Origin: a virus
Strand: one strand, 5' to 3'
IMG/VR virus record: IMGVR_UViG_3300042908_000680
Span: 32,001-96,000 of that record
DNA: 64,000 nt
The stretch's first letter is position 1. Each line of letters starts with the position of its first letter. The notes under the pieces are model-generated. The model made no database searches and had not been told where the DNA came from. It worked only from the letters and a program-made list of their open reading frames with translations. Both the position numbers and the translations under genes were made by a program. Positions 8,212-18,999 of the stretch are shown one piece after another.

Positions 8212-10196
8212 AAAAAGATAATCTTAAAACAATAGATGAGGCATGGTTAGGATTAGATGTCATAGAAGCTGACATTTTTAATCCTATGTCTATTATTAAC
8301 CCATCAGATGATGACTTTCATCTTAAGTTGTCTTGGTTAATGAGTAGACCCGAATATCTACCATTTTTATGTCATCAAGTACTTAATATACAGCTTTTAC
8401 CATCTCAGTCATTAATTATGCATGAGTTGTGGAATAGAAAGTTCCCCATGTTAATTGGTAGTCGAGGTCTTGGTAAGTCGTTCCAGTTAGCCCTTTATTC
8501 TATATTAAGAGCTATGTTAATGCCCAAACGAAAGATTGTTATTGTTGGTGCTGCATTTAGACAGTCCAAGGTTTTATTTGAATACATGGAAACTATCTGG
8601 CGTAATGCCCCAATGTTAAGAGATATGTGTGATGGCAATAGCGGCCCCACTAGAGATGTTGACAGATGTACTATGAGGATTAATGAGAGTGTTATAACCT
8701 GTTTGCCACTAGGTGACGGTCAAAAGATTAGAGGTCAACGCGCTAACGATATCGTTGCAGACGAATTTGCTTCTATTCCTAGAGATATATTCGAAAATGT
8801 AGTCGCGGGCTTTGCTGCTGTTAGTGCTGATCCTGTGCAAAATGTTAAGAGAATATCCGCAAGAAAGAAGGCGGCAGAGCTTGGAATAGAAATAGAAACT
8901 GAAGAAGAGAATACAGAGATAAAAGATAATCAAATTATTCTTTCTGGTACTGCTTATTATGATTTTAATCATTTTGCTACCTACTGGAAAAAGTGGAAAG
9001 CTATTATAAAAAGTCGTGGAAATAGAGCCAAGTTAACCGAAGTATTTAGTGGAGAACAACCCCCAGATACATTTGATTGGCGACAATATTCTATAATAAG
9101 AATACCATATGAACTATTACCAGTTGGCTTTATGGATGCTGATCAAGTGGCAAGATCAAAAGCCACAGTACATGCTGGTATTTATCAGATGGAATATGGG
9201 GCTTGTTTTACTAGGGATAGTCAGGGCTTCTTTAAAAGATCATTAATAGAGTCTTGCGTTGTTGGTAGTAATGAGAATCCCGTTATGGACTCTAAGGGCG
9301 ACATTATAAAATTTGAGGCATGTCTTATTGGTGAGACAAATAAAAGATATGTTTTTGGTGTTGACCCCGCATCTGAAGTAGATAATTTTAGTATTGTAGT
9401 CTTAGAGATTGGCGGAGATTATCGTAAGATAGTTCATTGCTGGACAACAACAAGACAAGAGCATAAAGAGAAAGTAAAGAAGGGATATGCTAAAGAATCA
9501 GATTTCTATGCATATTGTGCGAGAAAAATTAGGGACTTAATGAGACTCTTCCCATGCGTTCATATTTCTATGGATGCTCAAGGTGGTGGTGTTGCAATTA
9601 TGGAATCGTTACACGACAAAGATAAAATTAAAGATGATGAAATGCCAATTTGGCCTACTATTGATGATGATAAGCCCAAAGATACAGACGGAGAAAGAGG
9701 GTTACACATATTAGAAATGTGTCAATTTGCCAGATATGATTGGCTAGCAGAAGCTAATCACGGAATGAGAAAAGATTTTGAAGATAAAGTTTTGTTATTT
9801 CCATTTTTTGATTCTATAACACTTGGATTATCAAGCTCTGAAGATGGTTTAAAAAGCAGAATGTTTGACACTTTAGAAGAGTGCGTCATGGATATAGAAG
9901 AACTTAAGGATGAATTATCTATGATCCAGATGACCCAAACATCTAATGGTAGAGACAGATGGGACACTCCAGAGGTTATAGTTGGAACTGGTAGAAAAAG
10001 TAAAATGAGAAAAGATAGATATTCTGCACTCTTAATGGCTAATATGGCTGGCAGAATAATACACAGGACTCCAACCCCAGAAACCTATCAGTTTTATGGC
10101 GGTTTTGCTACTGGTGGTCATGTTCCAGCAAAAGAAGACGAAAAGCTATATATTGGCCCCAGTTGGTTCTCTGATAACATGAAAGATGTGTATTAA
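8208..10196 (+). CDS. terL: terminase large subunit
   Basis: Walker A GSRGLGKS, IRGQRA, Walker B IVADEF, YQMEY, RNase H-like FGVDPA and KDRYSAL. Confidence 0.92.
   Translation: MKKDNLKTIDEAWLGLDVIEADIFNPMSIINPSDDDFHLKLSWLMSRPEYLPFLCHQVLNIQLLPSQSLIMHELWNRKFPMLIGSRGLGKSFQLALYSILRAMLMPKRKIVIVGAAFRQSKVLFEYMETIWRNAPMLRDMCDGNSGPTRDVDRCTMRINESVITCLPLGDGQKIRGQRANDIVADEFASIPRDIFENVVAGFAAVSADPVQNVKRISARKKAAELGIEIETEEENTEIKDNQIILSGTAYYDFNHFATYWKKWKAIIKSRGNRAKLTEVFSGEQPPDTFDWRQYSIIRIPYELLPVGFMDADQVARSKATVHAGIYQMEYGACFTRDSQGFFKRSLIESCVVGSNENPVMDSKGDIIKFEACLIGETNKRYVFGVDPASEVDNFSIVVLEIGGDYRKIVHCWTTTRQEHKEKVKKGYAKESDFYAYCARKIRDLMRLFPCVHISMDAQGGGVAIMESLHDKDKIKDDEMPIWPTIDDDKPKDTDGERGLHILEMCQFARYDWLAEANHGMRKDFEDKVLLFPFFDSITLGLSSSEDGLKSRMFDTLEECVMDIEELKDELSMIQMTQTSNGRDRWDTPEVIVGTGRKSKMRKDRYSALLMANMAGRIIHRTPTPETYQFYGGFATGGHVPAKEDEKLYIGPSWFSDNMKDVY
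10188..10196 (+). promoter_or_regulatory. putative late promoter variant GTGTATTAA
   Basis: At the terL stop, 40 bp before the portal ATG. Confidence 0.4.
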
Positions 10197-10235
10197 AAAG
10201 TAGCATTCCGATTACATTCCAATTAAGGAAAAATT

Positions 10236-12329
10236 ATGAGTGAAGAAGACATGATAACTTGGTCAGATGACAATTTTTCTAGCAAATCTAATGCTATGGA
10301 GAGGTTGTCCGACAATATCAACTCTTATTCTGGCTTGAATAAATCTACTGGTAGCGATGCTTATAGAACCTTTATAGACATTGAGCCAAATAGGTCAGTA
10401 AGACCCGGTTTTAATAAACTTGATTATTACGCATTTAGACAAACCGAGTCTGTACCCACGCAACAACGACGCATTATTAAGATGTGCATGGATGCTTATG
10501 ATAAAGTTGGCATTATACGAAATATTATTGACTTAATGGGCGATTTCGGAAGTCAAGGGATAAGTATTGTTCACCCCAATAAAACAGTTGAAAAATTCTA
10601 CCAACAATGGTTTAAGAGTGTAAATGGGAAAGAAAGATCAGAAAGATTCTTAAATAATCTTTACAAAACTGGCAATGTGATTATGTATCGCAGTTATGCC
10701 AATGTGACTCCAGAGCTTGAAAAGTACATGAAGTCTCTAGCAAAGGATATTAAGGTTGAAACTCCAAACATTAAGCAGAATCAGATTCCTTGGAGATATA
10801 ACTTCTTTAGTCCTCTTAGTGTAGAGTTAAAAGATGGTAAGTTAGCACTGTTCATGGGTATCTCAAATTATACCTTGAGTGCTGGAACATTCTTAGATAC
10901 TTTTCAGTCAGGCTCACTTCCCAACGATGTTCTTGATAGCTTGCCAACTGATATTAAGAAGGCATTGCTAAACAAAGAAAAAAGAATCCCACTTGATTCA
11001 GAAAGACTTTGCGTTTTTCATTATAAGAAAGATGATTGGCAGATGTGGGCAAATCCCATGATCTATGCTATCCTAGATGATATTATTATGTTAGAAAAAA
11101 TGAGATTAGCAGATATGTCCGCTTTGGATGGTGCTATATCTAATATTCGTCTATGGACACTTGGCAATCTTGAGCATAAAATTTTACCCAACAAAACAGC
11201 TATTAATAAATTACGAGATATTCTATCCAGTAATGTTGGTGGTGGCACGATGGAATTAGTTTGGGGGCCAGAACTATCCTTCAAAGAATCTAGCAGTGAA
11301 GTATACAAATTCCTTGGTTCTGAAAAATATACTTCGGTACTCAATAGTATATATGCTGGGTTGGGTGTTCCTCCAACATTAACTGGTATGGCTACTGGCG
11401 GTGGCGGCTTTACTAATAACTTCATTTCGCTCAAAACTCTAGTAGAAAGACTTCAGTATGGTAGAGATCAGTTAACTAGATTTTGGGAAAAAGAAATTGA
11501 AATGGTTAGACAGGCTATGGGTTTTAGATACAAAGCCTATATTCAGTTTGATCAAATGACTTTATCAGACGAAGCCGCAGAGAAAGCTCTTCTATTACAA
11601 CTTGTGGATAGAGATATCATCAGTCAAGAGACTGTTCTTGAAAGATTTAAGGAGATTCCTCAGATCGAAAAGATTAGACTACAAAGAGAATTTGACGAGA
11701 GGCAGGGCGAAGATACTCCAGATAAAGCTGGACCATTCCATAATGCTAATCATAAAATGGATCTTGAAAAGATTGCTTTACAAGGAGGAAAAGTTAATCC
11801 ACAGGATGTTGGTTTAAAGACCAGTGTTCCAAAAGATATCTTGATGCCAAAACCAGTAGCACCCGGTGGAGGTCTTCCTAATGCGCCTAAACCTAGCAAT
11901 CCAAACGGCAGACCACAATTTAAAAAAGATAATGGACCAAGAAAGCAAAGAGTAGCAACGCCAAAAAAGAAACCGGGAGTAGCTGAATTTGTATATTGGG
12001 CAGAAGAAAGTTGGAAAGAAATCTCAGACGTTCTTACTGACGCATATCTAAATTCTAAATCTAAAAAGAACTTAAGGCAGCTAACAAAGTCAGAAGTAAA
12101 AGAGCTTGAAAAATTAAAAGTAGATGTTCTAACTAATGTAGATATAATGTCTGAAGTAAATGCTACTTCAATAAGAGATATACTTAGTGAGAATAGAAAA
12201 ACCCCTATGGTATTTGCTAGCGTTCTACAAGAAGAAAGTATTAATCCAGAGTTCATGAATATTGACAAGTATAGAATGCGTGTCATAAGTTTATATATCC
12301 AATCACAATTAGCAGAAATGGAAGAATAA
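10236..12329 (+). CDS. portal protein
   Basis: Directly after terL; 697 aa, helical; IIRNIIDLMGDF and IYAGLGVPPTL portal-like segments; Pro/Lys-rich C-terminal region. Confidence 0.8.
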   Translation: MSEEDMITWSDDNFSSKSNAMERLSDNINSYSGLNKSTGSDAYRTFIDIEPNRSVRPGFNKLDYYAFRQTESVPTQQRRIIKMCMDAYDKVGIIRNIIDLMGDFGSQGISIVHPNKTVEKFYQQWFKSVNGKERSERFLNNLYKTGNVIMYRSYANVTPELEKYMKSLAKDIKVETPNIKQNQIPWRYNFFSPLSVELKDGKLALFMGISNYTLSAGTFLDTFQSGSLPNDVLDSLPTDIKKALLNKEKRIPLDSERLCVFHYKKDDWQMWANPMIYAILDDIIMLEKMRLADMSALDGAISNIRLWTLGNLEHKILPNKTAINKLRDILSSNVGGGTMELVWGPELSFKESSSEVYKFLGSEKYTSVLNSIYAGLGVPPTLTGMATGGGGFTNNFISLKTLVERLQYGRDQLTRFWEKEIEMVRQAMGFRYKAYIQFDQMTLSDEAAEKALLLQLVDRDIISQETVLERFKEIPQIEKIRLQREFDERQGEDTPDKAGPFHNANHKMDLEKIALQGGKVNPQDVGLKTSVPKDILMPKPVAPGGGLPNAPKPSNPNGRPQFKKDNGPRKQRVATPKKKPGVAEFVYWAEESWKEISDVLTDAYLNSKSKKNLRQLTKSEVKELEKLKVDVLTNVDIMSEVNATSIRDILSENRKTPMVFASVLQEESINPEFMNIDKYRMRVISLYIQSQLAEMEE

Positions 12330-12330
12330 G

Positions 12331-12726
12331 ATGGCAGCTGCAAAATATGATTTTGATGTTGAACAGGGTTCTTCTTACAACCTAACATTCATTTATAAAA
12401 ATAATGCAGGCACACCAATTGATATTACTAACTGGTGCGCCAGAATGCTAATTACGACCAGCGATAATCAAACAATAACTTATACCTCTGGAAACTCTAA
12501 TTCAGACTATAAAATGTCTATAGATGGAGTCAATGGTAAGATCACTCTTATGTTACCAGCTTCTACCACCAATAATTTTACATTCAAAACAGCAAAATAT
12601 GATTTTGAGTTAGAATCAAATGATATCTTCTATACTAACGGCGGTCAGTATACTACCAGAGTTTTATTTGGTCTTATAACAATTATCAAAAGAAATAGCA
12701 AAAATTCTACCCAAATGGAGTGCTAA
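12331..12726 (+). CDS. Ig-like virion protein (BppU/LtfC-like fibre collar or adaptor)
   Basis: QGSSYNLTFIY..GTPIDIT...GKITL..YDFEL pattern; precedes the long fibre gene. Confidence 0.55.
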   Translation: MAAAKYDFDVEQGSSYNLTFIYKNNAGTPIDITNWCARMLITTSDNQTITYTSGNSNSDYKMSIDGVNGKITLMLPASTTNNFTFKTAKYDFELESNDIFYTNGGQYTTRVLFGLITIIKRNSKNSTQMEC

Positions 12727-15700
12727 ATGAGCAACTACACTATAGAAGTCACTGAAAATGTAGTTAATCTTGATGTTCTCAAAGATCATGATGTTATTAT
12801 AGAGATAAAATCCTCTGATAACTTTATTACATTTGATACCCCCAGCGGCTATCCTATATTATTTACTAGCGGAACTCTTCCCGTTAGTAGAGTTGGTAGT
12901 GGATACTTAATTGAAAATTTAACTAGCGGTAATACTATAGTTAGAACATTTGGTGATCAAGTAGTAAGTGGCTCTAAAATATTCAATGGAGATATTATAT
13001 CTTCTGGAAATTCATCTTTCAAATTTCAGCCAACTTCACTAGCTCCATCTTATTTTCCAGTACTAATATCTGACCCATCGACTTTTTCTCGTCAAGTCTA
13101 CACAAGAACTTCTTCTCAAGTTAAGTCTGATTTTGGACTTAACAATGTACAAAATATTGCGTTATCTGGCTTAAATTTTTCTGCTGGTAGCGGCTTAGTT
13201 GGTGGTGGTGATTTATCGGCTAGCAGAAGTTTTGATATTGGTGCTGGCGACGGCATTTCTGTTGGTGCTGATAGTATTTCGGTTGATTCTACCGTTGTCA
13301 GAGCTAATAACATAGATCAAAGTATTAGTGGAATAAAAAGTTTTATTAATACCTCTGGCACAAGATTTACTACTGGTGGATCATCAAGTAAAGATATTAT
13401 ACTTAGACCAGTTAGCGGTGTAACATCTAACAATTCTATTACTATTTCTCCGCACACTAATATAGTTTCTAATAGAACTTACCATCTTCCAGAAGCCGGT
13501 GCTGATGCGGACTTCGTTATGACCGCTGGTAGTCAAATTATTACCGGATCAAAAGCTTTTACTAGCTCCATAATATTTAACAGCGGCACATTTAATTCTC
13601 TTAGAGTTGGAGCTACACCCGTTGCACTTAGCGGACACACTCATACTAGTTTTGCATATCTTAATATAGGATCTCCTAATATAACCAATTATTTAACCAT
13701 ACAAGTTCCCGGCGGTTATGCTGCTGGCGTTTATCAAGATAATGCATTTTTTCAAATAATTAATAATGATTCTGGAGATACTGTTTTTGGTGTTGATGGA
13801 TATGGCAGAATAATTTTTGGCACAATTGACGCTTATAATGTCAATGGTTTAAATGATGCTATATCTTTACAAATCCCAACAAGCATAGTTTATACTTCTG
13901 GCAATCAAAGTATTAGTGGCGTAAAAACTTTTACCAATAATATAAACGTTAGCGGATTAATAACAGCTAATAGTGGAAACTTTACAAATAGTCTCAACGT
14001 TAATGGCACTAGTGTCAGTATTAGTGGCCATACCCACACCTCCTCAAACATAACAGATTTCAATAGTAGTGTTAGCGGATTATTACCAATAACATTATTA
14101 ACCGCTGGTAGTGGTATTGGTATATCTGGCGTTGGTTCTAATTATACAATATCTACTACTGGAACATTTGGTTTAACTCAAACTCAAGTAGATTCTAGAG
14201 TAAATACTTTAACTAGTGGAATTTATGCTCCTCTCACTGGAGCTGTTTTTACTGGTATCATTAGTGGACCAAGTGGTAGTTTTACATCTTTAAAAGTATC
14301 TAATGTCGATGTTTCTGTTAGTGGACATACTCACAATATATCTGATATTACATCGCTACAAACAACTCTTGACAACAAACAGCCATCTGGAAATTATGCC
14401 CTTAGCTCTCATAATCATATATCCAGCAATATAACAGATTTTAATACTAGTGTAAGTGGATTAGTGAATGGTATATATGCCCCATTAAGTAGTCCATCAC
14501 TTACAGGAACTCCATTAACTCCAACAGCAAATGCTGGAACTAATAATACTCAAATTGCTAGTACAGCATTTGTTCGCACAGAAATAAGTAATTTAGTGGC
14601 TTCTGCTCCAACTGCACTAGATACTCTCAACGAATTAGCAACTGCTTTAGGTAATGATGCTAATTTCTCTACCACCGTCACAAATAATCTTGCTGGAAAA
14701 GCTAATCTAAGTGGTGCAACATTTACTGGAAGTATTAGTGGCCCCAGCGGAAACTTTACTTCACTAAAAGTTAACAATGTTGATGTTAGTGCTAATGGTC
14801 ATACTCACACATCTTCTGACATTACTAATTTTAACTCAGCCGTCAGCGGTTTGCTTCCAACTATAGCCAATAGTGGTGACAATAGATTACTAACCAGCAC
14901 CGGATCAACTGTTGGGATTAATGCTGAAAGTAATTTAACATTTAATGGGTCTTTGTTAGCAGTTAGTGGTAATCTGGTCGCTAATACTGGTACTATTAAT
15001 AGTTTAAACTTTAATAATATTGGAGATCCCGACCTTTCAATAAGACAATTAGCTTGGAATAATAGCGAGGGAAGTTTGGCTGTAGGCTTAAGTGATACTT
15101 ATGAAATGTTTCTTGGTGGAGAATTACATTACAGAGTAAGAAACAATACTGGTTCCTCAATATTAGCCGGTACAGCAGTTTACGCAACAGGATTAACTCC
15201 GGGAGGAAATAATAGAATAGAAATTGCTCCCAAAGCTGCTGACGGATCAATAAGAGAAGTTCGATTTATGGGTCTGGTCACAGAAAATATTGATAACGGA
15301 GTTAATGGATTTACAACTCACTTTGGATATATCAGAAATATTGACACTAGGGGTGATTATGCTGCTAACGGAGCAACTAATAAAGTATGGGCCTCTGGTG
15401 AGCCTGTCTGGGCAGAAGGAGATATTCTTTATATTCATCCCACGGCAGAAGGTAAATTAACTAAAATAGAGCCAAAGCATAGTATTAGTGTTGCTATAAT
15501 TCTTAATCGTCATCAAAATCAAGGCAAGCTTTTTGTTAGACCAACTAGTTATGGTCATTTGGGTGATAATCACGATGTTGACGTAAGCGGAGCAACAAAC
15601 GGTCAGTTTCTACAATACAACTCTACTACAGATTATTGGGTTCCTAGTAGTAGCGGAAACTTTACTTCTTTAAGTGTAAATAGCACCGGGGTAAGCATTA

Positions 15701-16935
15701 GTGGCCATACTCACTCATCATCAAATATTACCGATTTCAATAGTAGCGTAAGTGGACTACTACCAGTAGGAACTGCTAATTATTTAAGCAAGTTTGGAAC
15801 TGGTGGTAGTGGACTAAGTAATAGTTTAATTTATGATAATGGAACTAATGTTGGCATAGGAACAACATCGCCGTCTTATCAATTAGATGTTACTGGATCT
15901 GGAAGATTCCTTTCTGGATCAAACTCAATAATAATAGATCCATCCGGTAGGAGCATTAATGCATCTACCACTGATATATTCTTAAAAGCAAATAACAAAA
16001 CTATATTCAGAGGCTTAGATGCTAACGCTTGGAGCGACAATGTAAATACTACATATTTTCAAGTTGGAACATTTAATGCCAATTGCGCTTTTGCTTCCCA
16101 GAGTGCTAATCCATTCACAAGATTAGGATTTTCTGCTAGTAATTTTCATTTTACTCCTAATTATATTAATACTGTAGCTGCCCCAACGGCTATGTTCCAA
16201 ATTGATGGAGCATCTACAACGGGAAATTTGGTTGTCACTTCTGCCGGTAGCGTTGGCGTGGGAACAACAACTCCGTCTAAAAAACTAGATGTCATTGGAG
16301 ATGCTAGAGTTAGCGGAGTACTAAATCTAGTCAATGCATCAGATTCAACGGATAGATCAATAGCTGTTACTTCTAATAATATGACATTCGCTGGGGTTCA
16401 TGGTATATTCGAATATAGCGTTGGTCTTAGAGGTAGTAGAGGTTCGGCCTGTGGTCTAGAAAGCAATGCTACAAATGGATATCTAGCATTAGCGGCTGGT
16501 GGTTCAGAAAAAGTACGTATTGCTACTGATGGAAAAGTAGGAATTGGAACCACTACTCCAAGTGGACAATTACACGTTGTTGGAACTGGTTTATTTACTA
16601 ATATTGACATCAACGGATCAGTACTTGTTGGGTCTGCATCATTAACAGTAAATGGTGGGATTTTGACTCAAGGAGCATTTGTACGAACATCTATATTTAG
16701 TCTTTATGGTGACAACAATACAAAAATATATAAGCCAGATGGTTCTACTTTGGGCTATAGTGTGAGTAGTTCTAGCTATAAACATTCTTTTGGATATGAT
16801 CTTACTGGAAATCATAATTCATGGGCTACTATTAGCTCTAGCGGCTTGACTATTGGGAGTAGTACACTGTCAAGCTCCAATCTACCTAGTATAATAAATA
16901 ACACAAATCTATATTTATGGTCAAATTTTAACTAA
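12727..16935 (+). CDS. long tail fibre protein
   Basis: Six HxH repeats (SGHTHxSSNITDFNxSVSG type); PSLTGTPLTPT..TQIASTAFV and APTALDTLNELATALGND fibre motifs; VGIGTTxP repeats. Confidence 0.8.
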   Translation: MSNYTIEVTENVVNLDVLKDHDVIIEIKSSDNFITFDTPSGYPILFTSGTLPVSRVGSGYLIENLTSGNTIVRTFGDQVVSGSKIFNGDIISSGNSSFKFQPTSLAPSYFPVLISDPSTFSRQVYTRTSSQVKSDFGLNNVQNIALSGLNFSAGSGLVGGGDLSASRSFDIGAGDGISVGADSISVDSTVVRANNIDQSISGIKSFINTSGTRFTTGGSSSKDIILRPVSGVTSNNSITISPHTNIVSNRTYHLPEAGADADFVMTAGSQIITGSKAFTSSIIFNSGTFNSLRVGATPVALSGHTHTSFAYLNIGSPNITNYLTIQVPGGYAAGVYQDNAFFQIINNDSGDTVFGVDGYGRIIFGTIDAYNVNGLNDAISLQIPTSIVYTSGNQSISGVKTFTNNINVSGLITANSGNFTNSLNVNGTSVSISGHTHTSSNITDFNSSVSGLLPITLLTAGSGIGISGVGSNYTISTTGTFGLTQTQVDSRVNTLTSGIYAPLTGAVFTGIISGPSGSFTSLKVSNVDVSVSGHTHNISDITSLQTTLDNKQPSGNYALSSHNHISSNITDFNTSVSGLVNGIYAPLSSPSLTGTPLTPTANAGTNNTQIASTAFVRTEISNLVASAPTALDTLNELATALGNDANFSTTVTNNLAGKANLSGATFTGSISGPSGNFTSLKVNNVDVSANGHTHTSSDITNFNSAVSGLLPTIANSGDNRLLTSTGSTVGINAESNLTFNGSLLAVSGNLVANTGTINSLNFNNIGDPDLSIRQLAWNNSEGSLAVGLSDTYEMFLGGELHYRVRNNTGSSILAGTAVYATGLTPGGNNRIEIAPKAADGSIREVRFMGLVTENIDNGVNGFTTHFGYIRNIDTRGDYAANGATNKVWASGEPVWAEGDILYIHPTAEGKLTKIEPKHSISVAIILNRHQNQGKLFVRPTSYGHLGDNHDVDVSGATNGQFLQYNSTTDYWVPSSSGNFTSLSVNSTGVSISGHTHSSSNITDFNSSVSGLLPVGTANYLSKFGTGGSGLSNSLIYDNGTNVGIGTTSPSYQLDVTGSGRFLSGSNSIIIDPSGRSINASTTDIFLKANNKTIFRGLDANAWSDNVNTTYFQVGTFNANCAFASQSANPFTRLGFSASNFHFTPNYINTVAAPTAMFQIDGASTTGNLVVTSAGSVGVGTTTPSKKLDVIGDARVSGVLNLVNASDSTDRSIAVTSNNMTFAGVHGIFEYSVGLRGSRGSACGLESNATNGYLALAAGGSEKVRIATDGKVGIGTTTPSGQLHVVGTGLFTNIDINGSVLVGSASLTVNGGILTQGAFVRTSIFSLYGDNNTKIYKPDGSTLGYSVSSSSYKHSFGYDLTGNHNSWATISSSGLTIGSSTLSSSNLPSIINNTNLYLWSNFN

Positions 16936-16945
16936 GAGGTGAAAT

Positions 16946-17326
16946 ATGGCAGTGTCCCCACAATTCGCAGTAATTCCAAGATTATCAATAGTTCAAGCCT
17001 CTGGTGCTAATACCGCCACTGACGGCACAGGAACTTTAGCAACATTGATAACAGCCGGTTTTAGTGGAACAAAAATATATGAAGTTGTAGTAGATGCAGC
17101 ATCAACAACAACCGCCGGAATGGTCAGATTGTTCGTTAATGATGGTACTAATAATAGACTATTTGATGAGTTTAACGTTTCTGCAACAACAGCATCTTCA
17201 ACAGTGCCAACATTCAGAACATCTAAGAGTTATTCTAATTTAGTACTACCAAGCGGCTATGGATTAAGAGCATCAACACACAATGCTGAAACATTTAACG
17301 TATATGCATTTGGAGCAGACTTATGA
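16946..17326 (+). CDS. small beta-sandwich virion protein, fibre-associated
   Basis: 126 aa, RBS GAGGTG, lies between fibre genes. Confidence 0.55.
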   Translation: MAVSPQFAVIPRLSIVQASGANTATDGTGTLATLITAGFSGTKIYEVVVDAASTTTAGMVRLFVNDGTNNRLFDEFNVSATTASSTVPTFRTSKSYSNLVLPSGYGLRASTHNAETFNVYAFGADL

Positions 17327-18564
17327 ATGATGGTATCCTAGGACAGAAGAAACAAAACCTTTTTAGCTTTAGTAGTTACCCAACTCTTACTAAAGATGAA
17401 AATAACTTTTCATTATCTAATGATGCTAATGTTATACGCTTGAGTTCAGATGCTACAAGAAGCATAACGGGCTTTGGTGCTTTACAAAGTTCGTCAGTTA
17501 CTATTTATAATGTTGGCTCTTATGATATTAGAATAGTTCATCAGTCTGCAAATAGCTTTGAGACAAATAGAGTTATTAGTGCTACCGGAAGTGATCTTGT
17601 TATCGGGCCTAATGATAGTCTAACGTTAGTATATGATAACGTGTCGTTAAGATGGAGAAGTGGTGGTGCTGTAAAGGTAGACTCTATATCTGGTCAGGCT
17701 GGTGTTTATAGTTTTTACAGAAATTCTGGTCCTAGTGATGCTACTTTTGTTAGTGCCGGAAGCTGGACTTGGAATATTCCTTCTGGCGCAAAATTGATTA
17801 CTATTGACGCTATTGGTGCTGGTCAAGGTGGAGGTAGTGGTAGAAGAGGTGCTGCTGGAACTGCTAGAGGTGGTGGCGGTGGTGGTGCTGGTGGTGGTCG
17901 AAGTATGTTTACTATTCCAGTTGTTGAACTTGGTGGAAATACTAATCTAACTATCGTAGTAGCTGCTGGTGGTGCTGGTGCTGCTGCCGTTGCTGTTAAT
18001 GATACTAATGGTAATACTCCTGCTGCTACTTTTGCTACTGTTGTTAGAATCACAGCAACATCCAAAGTTTTAATTTATATCTGGAGAACTAACGGTGCTG
18101 GTGGTGGAACAACCACTGGTGGAGCGGCTGGCTATTCAGATTGGACTAATATGTGGATCGGTAGTCAGGGCGGTGCTGGAAGTAATAGTTCTACTGCTGC
18201 TGGAGGTTCTTTTTCAATTGCTGCGGCGTGTGGTGGTGGTGGTGGTGGTGGTATTGGAGCAGATAATGTTGCTGGTGCTGGAGGCGGAACAGTAAGCGAA
18301 GAAATTGCTAGAGGAGCCGCAGCTGTAGCTTTCGGAACTGCTGGCGGCGGTGCTGGTGTTTCTGCCCCAACATATATTCCCGGCGGTGCTGGAGGTGGAG
18401 GTTCTGGTGGTGGTGGTAATGCTAGCGGTGTTGGTGGAAATGGTGGTAATGGGGCTTTTCCCGGCGGTGGTGGTGGCGGTGGTGGTGCTAGCTTAAACGG
18501 TTTTGCTAGCGGTGCTGGAGGCAATGGTGCTGACGGCTTTGTTAAAATCTACGTGTGGTACTAA
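17323..18564 (+). CDS. glycine-rich tail fibre/spike protein
   Basis: SWTWNIPSGAKLITIDAIGAGQGGGSG...GGNGADGFVKI Gly-rich domain. Confidence 0.75.
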   Translation: MNDGILGQKKQNLFSFSSYPTLTKDENNFSLSNDANVIRLSSDATRSITGFGALQSSSVTIYNVGSYDIRIVHQSANSFETNRVISATGSDLVIGPNDSLTLVYDNVSLRWRSGGAVKVDSISGQAGVYSFYRNSGPSDATFVSAGSWTWNIPSGAKLITIDAIGAGQGGGSGRRGAAGTARGGGGGGAGGGRSMFTIPVVELGGNTNLTIVVAAGGAGAAAVAVNDTNGNTPAATFATVVRITATSKVLIYIWRTNGAGGGTTTGGAAGYSDWTNMWIGSQGGAGSNSSTAAGGSFSIAAACGGGGGGGIGADNVAGAGGGTVSEEIARGAAAVAFGTAGGGAGVSAPTYIPGGAGGGGSGGGGNASGVGGNGGNGAFPGGGGGGGGASLNGFASGAGGNGADGFVKIYVWY

Positions 18565-18566
18565 TT

Positions 18567-18992
18567 ATGATACAAACAACAGAAAATACAACATCGATTG
18601 CTATTGTTAGACAAGAAGACAATAAAGTGCTAACCTTTATAAGAATGGACTATCCAGAAGGGTGGGAACCAGAAGAAGGTTATTATGCTATTGGAGATGA
18701 TCTACTTCCAGAAGGTTGGGAGCGTATTCCTCCAGAGCCAGAAAAAGTTCCAGATAGTGTAACCGCTACACAAATAAGATTGTGGTTAGTAACTCACGGA
18801 ATTAGTTTACAAGCTATTGACTTGACAATAGATAGTATAGAAGATACTCAAACTAGAGATATTGTTAGAGTTCAGTGGGAATATGCTCCATATGTTGAAA
18901 GAAAACACTTTATGATTAATACATTAGGTGCTGCTCTTGGATTTTCATCAGAACAAATAGATAATGCATTCATAGAAGCTAGTAAATTATAG
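18567..18992 (+). CDS. tail fibre-associated chaperone-like protein
   Basis: VTATQIRLWL...WEYA...LGFSSEQIDNAFIEA motif, commonly found downstream of fibre genes; ATG at 18567. Confidence 0.6.
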   Translation: MIQTTENTTSIAIVRQEDNKVLTFIRMDYPEGWEPEEGYYAIGDDLLPEGWERIPPEPEKVPDSVTATQIRLWLVTHGISLQAIDLTIDSIEDTQTRDIVRVQWEYAPYVERKHFMINTLGAALGFSSEQIDNAFIEASKL

Positions 18993-18999
18993 AGGACTT

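Noticed and set aside
11750-12388. 212-aa minus-strand ORF and other antisense ORFs throughout the late region
   Set aside because: Shadow frames of well-supported plus-strand genes; no RBS or recognisable motifs
14020-15765. Near-duplicate segments in the fibre gene as a DGR template/variable repeat pair
   Set aside because: Differences are mostly synonymous and not adenine-specific; both copies are coding; no reverse transcriptase in the window
17823-18524. Pro-rich minus-strand ORFs; likewise the Val/Leu- and His-rich ORFs at 31381-31731, 33629-34172 and 34819-35118
   Set aside because: Artefacts of GGN and ACN/AGY low-complexity codons on the coding strand
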